This document shows, in pieces, positions 55,190 through 64,000 of a stretch of 64,000 nt of DNA. Origin of the DNA: an uncultured Clostridia bacterium. GTDB taxonomy: Bacteria; Bacillota; Clostridia; Christensenellales; UBA1242. Where the stretch lies: NCBI GenBank assembly GCA_934754475.1, contig CAKVHV010000002.1, positions 256,951 to 320,950 on the forward strand, written 5' to 3'. Made by a program: the position numbers and the translations under genes. The notes under the pieces were generated by a model. The model searched no databases, had not been told where the DNA came from, and saw only the letters and a program-made list of their open reading frames with translations. The first letter of the stretch is position 1, and each line of letters begins with the position of its first letter.

Positions 55190-56147
55190 GTTTTTTAAAT
55201 TTTTTAAACTTTTTCTTATTTTGAGACTTTGAGTCATCCGAATTTTCTGGTTTTTCTTGACTTCCCTTAGAGACAACATCCTTTTGAGTCTTGTCTACGT
55301 GATTTTTCTCAGTTTGTGGTTTTTCTTTTGGAGTTGGCTTTGGCTGATTATTTTCTTTTGGAATGACAGTCAATTGGTCAAGAGTATACTCCGAAATTTT
55401 GGAGTCACTTTCGTTTTCAATTCTAACTGTACAAACTTGTTTGAGAAGATTGTTATAAATCACTGTTCCGACACCATCTGGAGTCTTGACTCTAGCATTA
55501 ATCTTTGGCATTTTGCCATTAATTTCGCTATAAAACTCATTTTCATATGAAAGACAACACATAAGTCTTCCGCATATTCCCGAAATTTTGGAAGGATTGA
55601 GCGAAAGCCCTTGAGTCTTAGCCATTTTGATACTAACCTTGTCGAAATCATTAAGATACTTTTTGCAACAACATTCCTTGCCACAAAATCCTATCCCGCC
55701 AATCTTTTTGGCTTGGTCTCTAATTCCAATTTGTCTAAGTTCTATTCGTGTCTTTAGTTGACTTGCCAAATCTTTGACTAGTTCCCTAAAGTCCACTCTA
55801 TCTTCACAAACATAATTAATAATGACCTTGCTTCCGTCAAGAGTAAATTCAACATCAACTAGTTTCATATCCAACTTATATTTTGAAATAAGTTCGTTTG
55901 TAATGCTTACAACTCTTTTTTCTTGTTTTTTAAGTTCTTCACTTTTTTTGATGTCTTCGTCTGTAGCAAGTCTTATTAAACTTTTAATTTCGCTTTCTTC
56001 TGTCTGATTTGTAGGTTTGGTGGTCTTGGCTATTTCAATCCCCCTAACACTTTCAACCACAACAAGAGTATTTGGCTCTAATTCCAAATCGGTTTCAACA
56101 TTATATACTTTGCCACCATCGACAAACTTAATGCCTATTTTTGACAT
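55170..56147 (-). CDS. ricT: PSP1 domain protein RicT/YaaT (stage 0 sporulation)
   Basis: GICGRLMCCLSYE and FCGKECCCKKYL motifs. Conserved position after holB. Lys-rich C-terminal tail. Confidence 0.8.
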   Translation of the reverse strand: MSKIGIKFVDGGKVYNVETDLELEPNTLVVVESVRGIEIAKTTKPTNQTEESEIKSLIRLATDEDIKKSEELKKQEKRVVSITNELISKYKLDMKLVDVEFTLDGSKVIINYVCEDRVDFRELVKDLASQLKTRIELRQIGIRDQAKKIGGIGFCGKECCCKKYLNDFDKVSIKMAKTQGLSLNPSKISGICGRLMCCLSYENEFYSEINGKMPKINARVKTPDGVGTVIYNNLLKQVCTVRIENESDSKISEYTLDQLTVIPKENNQPKPTPKEKPQTEKNHVDKTQKDVVSKGSQEKPENSDDSKSQNKKKFKKFKKHGNSKN

Positions 56148-57106
56148 AAAAATTTTACCTCCAATATATCCAAAAGCAACTTGTCTATAACTCCAGTCAT
56201 ATTGCAATTAACTTCAAGTTTAAGTGCTACTTGATTGATTAACAAAATGATTTTTTCAATAATTTGACTAGTGTACACTTTGGACAAACTAATAAATTTA
56301 TCTTTTAAATTTTTGAATAACAGATTTTGAGAACTCTCACACACTGCTATATCTCTAAGCATTGCAGTTAGTGTATCCAAAAAAAACGGAATATCTTTCT
56401 TGAGTGCCAAGATTTGACTACTAAAATACAACAAATCCTTGGTTGAATTAAAGTTTTCACACAAATACAGTGCAAGATTTATTATCTCTCTTGCGTCTTT
56501 GTTTTCGGCAATTTTGAGAGCGGTGGTCATAAGTCCATCGGACATAGACGCTATAAGTTCTGCATCCAAAACATTCTGAGATTTGAGAAATTGCGAAATT
56601 ATATCAATAGGAATCCCACCTTCTTCAATCCTTTTTGACCTACTAAGAATTGTAGGAAGCACATTTCCAATATTTTGAACTGTAAGGAAAAATATAACAT
56701 TAGCGGGTGGCTCTTCCAAAGTCTTGAGAATTTTGTTTTGACCTTGTATTGTACACTCGTCAAAATTTTTAAGCAAAAATATTTTGAAAGTGTTTTCCAT
56801 GGGTCTTATGTATGCACTATCTATAACCTTCAAAATATCGTCGACCATCAAAGACTTGTCGTCCTTTGGATAAATTTCCAAGTCGACCATATTCCCATGC
56901 TCAATTTTTGAACAATTGACACACACGTTACAAGGCTTGTCTTCTTGCAAACAACAAATCTGCTTGACAGCATACATGCCAATTTCATCAAGCATAATTT
57001 TATCCTTGGAACTTATTAAATAACAATGACTAAGCATATTCGCTTTTTGGTCAGACAACAAAACTTTGTGAGTCTGAGACCTAAGATATAATTTCAAAAA
57101 ATCCAT
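56135..57106 (-). CDS. holB: DNA polymerase III delta' subunit
   Basis: HCYLISS..., Zn module CNVCVNCSKIEHGNMVD, KILKTLEEPP, TILSR. Confidence 0.8.
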   Translation of the reverse strand: MDFLKLYLRSQTHKVLLSDQKANMLSHCYLISSKDKIMLDEIGMYAVKQICCLQEDKPCNVCVNCSKIEHGNMVDLEIYPKDDKSLMVDDILKVIDSAYIRPMENTFKIFLLKNFDECTIQGQNKILKTLEEPPANVIFFLTVQNIGNVLPTILSRSKRIEEGGIPIDIISQFLKSQNVLDAELIASMSDGLMTTALKIAENKDAREIINLALYLCENFNSTKDLLYFSSQILALKKDIPFFLDTLTAMLRDIAVCESSQNLLFKNLKDKFISLSKVYTSQIIEKIILLINQVALKLEVNCNMTGVIDKLLLDILEVKFLCQK

Positions 57107-57203
57107 ACTATTATTTTACCACACAAATAGTCCAATTACAAATAAAAAATCATCGAATAAATAGTATTTTTTTGCACAAACTATCCAAAAAAGGAGATGA
57201 AAC

Positions 57204-57440
57204 ATGAACACCCAAATTACTCTTAGCCAAGTCAAGCAAAAAGTAACTAATCTCAAAGGTCAGAATGTCAAACTTCAAGTTAACAAAGGCAGAAACAAAA
57301 TTGTAAGTCTAACCGCTGTAATTGACCAAGTTTATCCTAGCATGTTTATGATAACCCCAACTTGCAAAGTTGACCTAGATAGAAAAAGTTTTTCGTATAG
57401 CGATGTTCTTTGTGGCGACATAAAGTTTTTAAATTCCTAA
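57204..57440 (+). CDS. veg: Veg protein
   Basis: 78 aa. LKGQNVKLQVNKGRNK...VYPSMFMI...SFSYSDVLCGDIKF parallels B. subtilis Veg. Confidence 0.8.
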   Translation: MNTQITLSQVKQKVTNLKGQNVKLQVNKGRNKIVSLTAVIDQVYPSMFMITPTCKVDLDRKSFSYSDVLCGDIKFLNS

Positions 57441-57600
57441 TTAGTCAAAATGTTTGGTGCCACATTTGTAAGCAAGACCTTCAAAAACCTTGTTGAACCT
57501 TATATCAATTATCAAATTATCAACATAAATATTATAAATACTTGACATAATTTGAATTTTTTGTTAAAAAAATAATAAATATTTATGGGGGGTTTAGATT

Positions 57601-58452
57601 ATGCCATCAGGTTCACACCGCTCAAGTCCCGGAAGCCACAGCACTAGAAGTTATTCAAGTCGCAGTACCGGAAATAATAATACAAGTGTAGTTCCAATTT
57701 TTATGATGAATAGATATTATAGAAGAAATGGAAGTACAAATAGCCCAGAACAGGAAGAACTAAGAAAACATCCTTTGATAAGGTTATTTTCTTCGATTTT
57801 CACTATTATGGTAATAGCACTTTTTGCTGTTATTATTGCCAAGGTTTCTTTTGTAATGAGAGTTCAAGCAATCAAAAACGATTACGATTATTATCAACAT
57901 ATGTGTTCATGGTCGGCAGAATATCCTAATTGGAAAGGCACTGCCAAAGTTACTGGCAAACAGAAAAAATACGACAAATGGTTTATAACTTACAAAATTA
58001 TCGACCCGACAACAAACTTCACACTTGACGGATATTCGTTTGCAATTTACGATGACGAACAAATTGAGCAAATTCAAATTGATGACGAAATTGAAGTGGC
58101 TATGAACAGTTTTGATTTGTCAATTGACACAGACAGTGTTCCTATGGATTATTATCAAGTTCCAATTACTCAAGATGCAGACTATTTGCATCATACAAAA
58201 ATTAGTAGTTCTGTAACAGTTATATTGGTTATTGTCGCAATTGTAACAGTTGGCATTGGAATAACCAATGGAATACTTGCAAACAAATATCTCAAAAATA
58301 TGCGTGTGGCGTCTTTTGATTCTGGCTATACTCCAGTTTCTGAAAATAATAATTTGCAAGTAGTTTATTGTGATTATTGCCATAGTAAACTTCCACCAAA
58401 TTCCACCAAATGTGAGCATTGTGGAGCATCAATTAGACAAAATAAAAATTAA
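57601..58452 (+). CDS. Membrane protein with a Ser-rich N-terminus and a C-terminal zinc ribbon
   Basis: Two TM helices. CDYCHSKLPPNSTKCEHCG. Confidence 0.5.
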   Translation: MPSGSHRSSPGSHSTRSYSSRSTGNNNTSVVPIFMMNRYYRRNGSTNSPEQEELRKHPLIRLFSSIFTIMVIALFAVIIAKVSFVMRVQAIKNDYDYYQHMCSWSAEYPNWKGTAKVTGKQKKYDKWFITYKIIDPTTNFTLDGYSFAIYDDEQIEQIQIDDEIEVAMNSFDLSIDTDSVPMDYYQVPITQDADYLHHTKISSSVTVILVIVAIVTVGIGITNGILANKYLKNMRVASFDSGYTPVSENNNLQVVYCDYCHSKLPPNSTKCEHCGASIRQNKN

Positions 58453-58453
58453 T

Positions 58454-58499
58454 AAAAAAATATAACGAAATTGAATTTTCAAAATCGTTATATTTTTTT
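58454..58499. terminator. Bidirectional terminator
   Basis: atataacga...tcgttatat stem flanked by an A-run and a T-run. Confidence 0.6.
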
Positions 58500-60834
58500 A
58501 TACATTTTTAAATACTCTTACACAGACCACCGTCATATCATCACAGGCCACTCCACCGTTTAAAGATATTGCCCTATCAAGAATTTGTTGACTAAGTGTA
58601 ACTGGATTAATTATATCGGTGTGAGCAATGTAGTCAGAAATATCTAGTTTATTTTCAAAACTATCTGTCACACCATCTGAGACAAAAACAAGCATATCAA
58701 AAGGAGAAATAAGTTTTCGTGTTATGTGCGGATGTATTTCTTCTAGCACTCCAACCGGAAGTCCTGAACTCGAGATAACTTCGACATCTCCTTTGTCACG
58801 TTTTAAGTAGCCCGAAGTTGCTCCAAGTTTAATAAAGTCATAAGTATTTTTGTTTGCATCAATAACACACAAATCTATAGTCGAAAAATTTTCTTCTTCT
58901 GTCAAACTCAAAAGTTTGTTCACTGAATTAATAATCGTAACATTATCAAAACCCGCTCTATAAAAATTTTCAATAAGTGAAATTGTAAGAGAACTAATAC
59001 TATGAGCGTTTTTGCCACTGCCCATTCCGTCACAAATGGATATCATAAATTTGCCATTGCCAAGTTTCAAAATTGAATTGCTGTCACCAGAGACAACCTT
59101 GCCAGTTTTGTTTACACTACTAAGACCATATGCAATATCATAGTTAGGCTTGGATATCATATTTATCATACTAGTTCCATTAATGTTTGGCTCTATTGTA
59201 TCTATCATAAGATTGGTTTTCATGATTTTGGAAACAACTTTTTCAATAACATTTTTGTCAATCGTATCTGTTGAAACAAGCAGACCTACAAACCTATTTT
59301 GAATATCCTTTTCATAAATAAATGAGTTTAAAACAACTACACCTTTGTATCCTAATTCTTCTCTTATGGCAGTATCAAATTTTGTATCAATATTTATGTT
59401 AACATCAACTTCACGACTTAGTGTTTGCATAAGTTTGCTAACGCCACTAAGTTGATTAGCAATAAGTAGCCTTGACGAATCAAGATTGTTTATAACCCCA
59501 GTGTACTCTTTGTAACTACTTATCATATTATTCAAAACTGTAATAATCGAATTTACATTTATGCAATTTGACGTTAAATGTTGCGGAACATCAATAAGCA
59601 AAATCTTGCCTTTTTCATATGCAATAGATACACATGTATCAATTGAATTATCAATAAAGTTTCCACCCGTCCTATAACAATAATCAAAGTTTTTGCACTT
59701 GGCACAAGTACTAGAAATTAGTTCTTCCTTAATCATTATTCTAGCCTTGTCATCAGACAGTGTTCCACGAACCATTTTCCTATAAACATTATCCATTTCA
59801 TCAAAAACATTGCTTAATTCTTGTGTACGTTTAACTATTTGCTTTTTGGAATTATCTATAATGTTTTTGACAGTAATTAGATTGCTGTTGACAAATACAG
59901 ACGACATATTGTTAATATAGGACATTGGAATAATTGCAAAAATTATTCCACCAATAAGCAAACTCAAAAACTCTCCCAAAGCAAATCCGTTTCCAAAAAA
60001 CAGTGGAACAACTACCCCGCCTAGCGACATGGATATTATGCTTAGATATTTGAAATTACACTTAAAGGATATGCTTAAAATTGCCAAAACTACAAACAAA
60101 GATATGTACATCTGATTCCAAGTTTGCAGAGCAATTGCAATACCAATTATACTAGACAAAACGATTTGTTTTTCGGCGGACATAAGATAGGTGGAAATTA
60201 GTATTATAAGCCCCGCAAACACAAAGCCTAAATTAATAATCCAAATATTTGTAGCACTCATTCCATACATAAACATTATAAGAATTACACCGCCACAAAT
60301 CTTTTCGTCAAGGTTTAGTCTTGCGATACTCTTTCTTGTGCCTATCGCTTCAAAAAAACTCAAGGCTGAATACAAAAAGAATAGGCTAAGCATTATTGAA
60401 ACAAATAGCCCTAAATTTTCTTTTGTGCCACCTAAATTAACTATTATGTAAGCAATTTGAGAAAAGATTGCAAAGACAAATATTATCCATTTTTTTCGTT
60501 GAACTTTTTGTTTGTCTAACAAGAATTGAAGCAAGCACAAAACACAAACAACATTAAGTCCCATAAAAATTGAATTTAAATTTGTCTGACTTAATACAAT
60601 CGTTACAAAATAAACTAGTGACAAAATATATCCGTTAAATTTAAATATCAAAAAAGCAAATATAATCCCCACACCAAATGGCATAAGATTATTTCCAAAT
60701 ATTTTGACTCCACTTATTCCATAACACAAAACAAATAAAATTAAGTAAGTCAAAACTTTTATTAAAATCAAATTTATTTTTTGTCTTTTTGTTGTCAAAA
60801 TTTGCTCCCAAAAAAAGTGGATAATTAAATCCAC
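58498..60834 (-). CDS. spoIIE: Stage II sporulation protein E (PP2C phosphatase)
   Basis: About 10 N-terminal TM helices plus a C-terminal PP2C domain (ISICDGMGSGKNAHSIS, SDGVTD, DDMTVV). Confidence 0.85.
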   Translation of the reverse strand: MDLIIHFFWEQILTTKRQKINLILIKVLTYLILFVLCYGISGVKIFGNNLMPFGVGIIFAFLIFKFNGYILSLVYFVTIVLSQTNLNSIFMGLNVVCVLCLLQFLLDKQKVQRKKWIIFVFAIFSQIAYIIVNLGGTKENLGLFVSIMLSLFFLYSALSFFEAIGTRKSIARLNLDEKICGGVILIMFMYGMSATNIWIINLGFVFAGLIILISTYLMSAEKQIVLSSIIGIAIALQTWNQMYISLFVVLAILSISFKCNFKYLSIISMSLGGVVVPLFFGNGFALGEFLSLLIGGIIFAIIPMSYINNMSSVFVNSNLITVKNIIDNSKKQIVKRTQELSNVFDEMDNVYRKMVRGTLSDDKARIMIKEELISSTCAKCKNFDYCYRTGGNFIDNSIDTCVSIAYEKGKILLIDVPQHLTSNCINVNSIITVLNNMISSYKEYTGVINNLDSSRLLIANQLSGVSKLMQTLSREVDVNINIDTKFDTAIREELGYKGVVVLNSFIYEKDIQNRFVGLLVSTDTIDKNVIEKVVSKIMKTNLMIDTIEPNINGTSMINMISKPNYDIAYGLSSVNKTGKVVSGDSNSILKLGNGKFMISICDGMGSGKNAHSISSLTISLIENFYRAGFDNVTIINSVNKLLSLTEEENFSTIDLCVIDANKNTYDFIKLGATSGYLKRDKGDVEVISSSGLPVGVLEEIHPHITRKLISPFDMLVFVSDGVTDSFENKLDISDYIAHTDIINPVTLSQQILDRAISLNGGVACDDMTVVCVRVFKNV

Positions 60835-60911
60835 TTAAATTGTAACAATCAAAATATATTTTTCAAATAATAAAAGTTTGTAAAATGAAAGTTTACTTAA
60901 AGTATTTTGAC

Positions 60912-63050
60912 TTATTTTGTTGAATTGTCATTACAAAGAATTAGTTTGTGCAAAGGTCTAGTTTCGGCAACATACAAAAGTCTCAAATCCATAGTGTCAT
61001 CTTTGAATCCGTCTCTGTTATAGATAATTACACAATCAAACTCTAGTCCTTTGGCAGTTTGAACGGTGAGCAGGATTTTATCGTTGTTATTATAATTTAT
61101 ATTGTTTTCATCAAGGACAACTAGATTTAAATCTTTTAGTTTCACACTTGCATCTTTCAAATCAAATTCATCTTTGCAAATTATTGCAATTGTTTTGAAC
61201 TCGTCTTTGAATTTGTCAATTAGTTTCTTAATAGTCTCAACGGAGTTATCTTTGAAGTGTTCGACTTCACCCGCATTTCTTACAACATTGCTTGCTTGTT
61301 TGTTTCCAAGTTTAACAAGTGTTTTGTTTGCTTCTTCCATAATCTCAACCGATGTACGATAGCATTTGTTAAGATACAACACTTGGCAATCCCCAATTAT
61401 ATTCGAAACCTGTTCCCAATTGTCTATCGACTGATAAGAATATATGCCTTGTGCCAAGTCGCCAAATATTGCAAACGTTGCATTTTTGAAAATCACCTTG
61501 AGAACATGATACATAAGAATACTCAAGTCTTGTGCTTCGTCAATCATTACACACTTTAGCCCATTATAATATGGAAGTTTGTCTATTTTGGAAATTATAT
61601 AAAGTAGTGGTGCTAAGTCATCAAAAGCAAGTTTATTTTGCTTGATGTTTTTGAGTGTATATTTTTTAAGTATATCACATTCGTCAAAGTCACAAAACTT
61701 TTCAATACTATTTATAAACTTGGTGTAGAGTTTGATTGGGTCTTTTTCGATTTTAAACATTTTTTTGATAAACCCATAGTTTCCCGAAGTTAAAACCTTT
61801 CGTGCTTGTTCTTTTTTGGTTATATCCAGACTTGAAAAGTTTATTTGACTGAGCGCCTTTGTTTTGAGTGCTTCTTCGTAGTATAGAGCAAGCCCAAGTT
61901 TTTTGCTTCCATGCTCGGCTAGTTCTTCAAGAGTATCTTCTCTACCCAAAAAGTATTTATAAACAGTGTCAGCATCCAAAACTTCAATTCCACCAACTAT
62001 AAGCGGTTTGTGAAAAGTCTCATAAAGTAGATTTGAATAAAATCTATCAAGAACATTTTTGAATTCTGCACAATTTTTAAAGGTTAAATACTTTGTACTC
62101 AAATTATTTTTGGTTAGATATTCGAATTGTGCATGCTTGCTAAGTATTGAATATTTGTTTCCAATTAGGTTAAGAATTATAGTATTTAGCGAATAACTAT
62201 TAGATTTGTCCGCATCAAGGTCAACAAGAATTGATGAAATATAACTCATAAATATTTCGTTAGGAGATATAATTAAAAATTCTTCAGGTCTAATTTTGTT
62301 TTTGTAATTGTACATAAGATACGAAATTCTATGCAAAGCAACCGTAGTTTTTCCCGAACCAGCAACACCTTGAACGATGCAGTTTTGAAATAACGGAAGT
62401 CTAATAATGTTGTTTTGTTCGGCTTGAATTGTTGCAACAATACTCTTAAGTCTATTGTCTGCACCTTGTTTCAGAAATGGTTTCAAAAATTCGTCACTAC
62501 TTACCGCATCTTCAAAATCATAAATAGACTTGACATCGTTGTCTTTGATTTCAATTTGTCTTTTGAGTTTTAAGTCAACATTGTATTCTTTGCCATGCGC
62601 CCTATAACTCGTATCTCCCAGTTTTCCATTGTAATAAAGGTCGGAAATTGGTGCTCTCCAATCGACAACTTTGTTGTCATCTGGTGAAGATACTTCGCCC
62701 ACACTAAGCCTACCTATATATCCATTAAATTTTTCGCCGTCATCTTTGTCTTCGAAAATAAGTTTTGCAAAATACGGGTCGTCAATGTGTCGTCTCAAAA
62801 TCTCCAATTTTTCATCAATGTCGTCAATCAAAGTTTCTCTTTCAACGTTAAATCCGTTGTCCGTTTCAATCGGCATGTCAAGTGCAATTAGCCTATTTTC
62901 TTGAAGTTCCTTTTTGTAGGCATCAAACATACTTTTGAGTAATTTGTACCTTTCCCTTTCATACTCTAAACTCAAATTATTTTCCCCCCCTTTGTAATTT
63001 GTCAAAGCAAAAACAAAATAAAAAGGCTGATACTCGTCAAAATACTTCAA
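60912..63050 (-). CDS. helD: UvrD-like helicase HelD (RNA polymerase recycling ATPase)
   Basis: VVDWRAPISDLYYN, GVAGSGKTTVALHRISYL and MIDEAQD motifs parallel B. subtilis HelD. Confidence 0.8.
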   Translation of the reverse strand: MKYFDEYQPFYFVFALTNYKGGENNLSLEYERERYKLLKSMFDAYKKELQENRLIALDMPIETDNGFNVERETLIDDIDEKLEILRRHIDDPYFAKLIFEDKDDGEKFNGYIGRLSVGEVSSPDDNKVVDWRAPISDLYYNGKLGDTSYRAHGKEYNVDLKLKRQIEIKDNDVKSIYDFEDAVSSDEFLKPFLKQGADNRLKSIVATIQAEQNNIIRLPLFQNCIVQGVAGSGKTTVALHRISYLMYNYKNKIRPEEFLIISPNEIFMSYISSILVDLDADKSNSYSLNTIILNLIGNKYSILSKHAQFEYLTKNNLSTKYLTFKNCAEFKNVLDRFYSNLLYETFHKPLIVGGIEVLDADTVYKYFLGREDTLEELAEHGSKKLGLALYYEEALKTKALSQINFSSLDITKKEQARKVLTSGNYGFIKKMFKIEKDPIKLYTKFINSIEKFCDFDECDILKKYTLKNIKQNKLAFDDLAPLLYIISKIDKLPYYNGLKCVMIDEAQDLSILMYHVLKVIFKNATFAIFGDLAQGIYSYQSIDNWEQVSNIIGDCQVLYLNKCYRTSVEIMEEANKTLVKLGNKQASNVVRNAGEVEHFKDNSVETIKKLIDKFKDEFKTIAIICKDEFDLKDASVKLKDLNLVVLDENNINYNNNDKILLTVQTAKGLEFDCVIIYNRDGFKDDTMDLRLLYVAETRPLHKLILCNDNSTK

Positions 63051-63263
63051 TCAATCACGTATTTTTTAAGTACCAGCCTTGTTGTTTCATTCAATGCTTT
63101 GTATTTGGTTACTTTCATATTAAACTTGAATTTCTCAAAAACTCTCAAGATTTCCCCCTTAGGTTTTATGAAATAACAAAGTTAGTTTACCACAAAATTA
63201 TGTATAAGTCAATTACTTTTACAAAAGTTTTTTAAATTTTTCAAGCAAAACACATTATAAACT

Positions 63264-63293
63264 AAAAAAAACACCACAAAGTGGTGCTTTTTG
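63264..63293 (-). terminator. Rho-independent terminator after greA
   Basis: On the - strand: gcaccac-tttg-tggtg followed by TTTTTTTT. Confidence 0.65.
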
Positions 63294-63300
63294 CATACAA

Positions 63301-63771
63301 TTAATATTTGATAGACAAGATTTTGTATCTTTGAACGCCGGCAGGAGTTGTAACATCAACTTCTTCGCCTTTGGATTTTCCGATTAGTGCTTTGCCAAGT
63401 GGGCTTTCGTTACTAATTTTTCCAGCAGTTGGGTCGCTTTCGATACTTCCCATAATTTTGAGAGTCATGTTCTCATCAAAATCCATATCATAAAGTTCTA
63501 CATTTGCACCTACACCAACTTTGGATGTATCGTTTGCACTCTTAGAAATTATTTGAGCATTACGCAAAGTCTCTTCGATTTGAGTAATTTCTTGTTCCAA
63601 AATTGCTTCTTCTTCTCTTGCTGCGTCATATTCACTGTTTTCACTTATATCTCCAAAAGACCTTGCAAATTGGATTTTCTTGGCAACTTCAACTCTGCCA
63701 ACGCTCTTAAGATTTGCAAGTTTGTCTTCTAACTCTTTGTATGCTTCTTTTGTTAAATATACTTCTGCCAT
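63301..63771 (-). CDS. greA: Transcription elongation factor GreA
   Basis: 156 aa. ARSFGDISENSEYDAAREEEA and the C-terminal SPLGKALIGKSKGEEV are typical GreA. Confidence 0.9.
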   Translation of the reverse strand: MAEVYLTKEAYKELEDKLANLKSVGRVEVAKKIQFARSFGDISENSEYDAAREEEAILEQEITQIEETLRNAQIISKSANDTSKVGVGANVELYDMDFDENMTLKIMGSIESDPTAGKISNESPLGKALIGKSKGEEVDVTTPAGVQRYKILSIKY

Positions 63772-64000
63772 ATTTAATTCTCCTTTGGGTTAAAAAATTA
63801 AAATTCGAAAAAATCAACTGATTTTTAACGAATTTTACCCCATAGTATTTAATCTTCAAAGTCTGAAAAATTGCTTTCCAAATTTTGTACTATATTTTAT
63901 ACAATAAATGAAAAATAATGTCAAGAGTTTTTGTCGATTTATAAAAAATTAAATCAAAGTAAAATTTATGGCTCTACCTTTATATTAAATCAACCATATT

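Noticed and set aside
55170-55279. Long N-terminal extension of the TrmN6-like methyltransferase ORF, overlapping the ricT 3' end by 110 nt
   Set aside because: The extension is Lys/Arg-rich low-complexity sequence translated from the poly-A/T-rich tail region of ricT. The internal ATG (MEILKTNERLDDL) gives a normal-length methyltransferase with only a ~20-nt overlap.

Overview
This is a low-GC (about 30% by eye) chromosomal segment from a spore-forming Firmicute. Sporulation markers are spoIIE, spmA/spmB, veg, ricT/yaaT and a LysM/DUF3794-like protein. The backbone carries ordinary housekeeping genes: deoB-deoD, metG-tatD-rsmA, sufC plus a sufB/D-like gene, the holB-ricT-methyltransferase-rsmI-mtnN block, an ABC exporter, helD and greA.

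The notable part is about 25.4 kb of accessory DNA between an intact tRNA-Ser(CGA) (6559-6649) and a second copy of that tRNA's 3' end (31977-31998). The second copy is followed by a terminator. This DNA looks like two, possibly three, tandem integrated elements. Each is delimited by the core CTCCGCCA(TT), and each of the two large ones has a large serine recombinase at its left edge.

Island 1 carries one tightly coupled nine-gene minus-strand operon. Its first seven genes match the domain composition of the SspABCD-SspFGH phosphorothioation defence system: PAPS-reductase-like SspD, DUF4007 SspB, a large P-loop SspC, cysteine desulfurase SspA, a DExH helicase, a GHKL ATPase and a PLD nuclease. 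Two further genes are appended to it that I do not know as Ssp components: a stand-alone GIY-YIG nuclease and a DndB-like DGQHR (ParB/Srx-fold) protein. I consider this pair the best candidate for an undescribed module, possibly a split analogue of SspE.

Downstream lies a DUF2075/Nhi-like nuclease-helicase whose 3' UTR shares a 33-nt element with the operon. Island 2 is partly degraded and carries an XRE regulator and a TIR/DUF4062-like protein. A GC-rich, highly structured ~140-nt element that ends in the tRNA 3'-end mimic sits at the right junction.

All functional calls come from motifs read in the supplied translations and from memory of protein families. No searches were run. Hand-derived coordinates of non-CDS features may be off by 1-2 nt.
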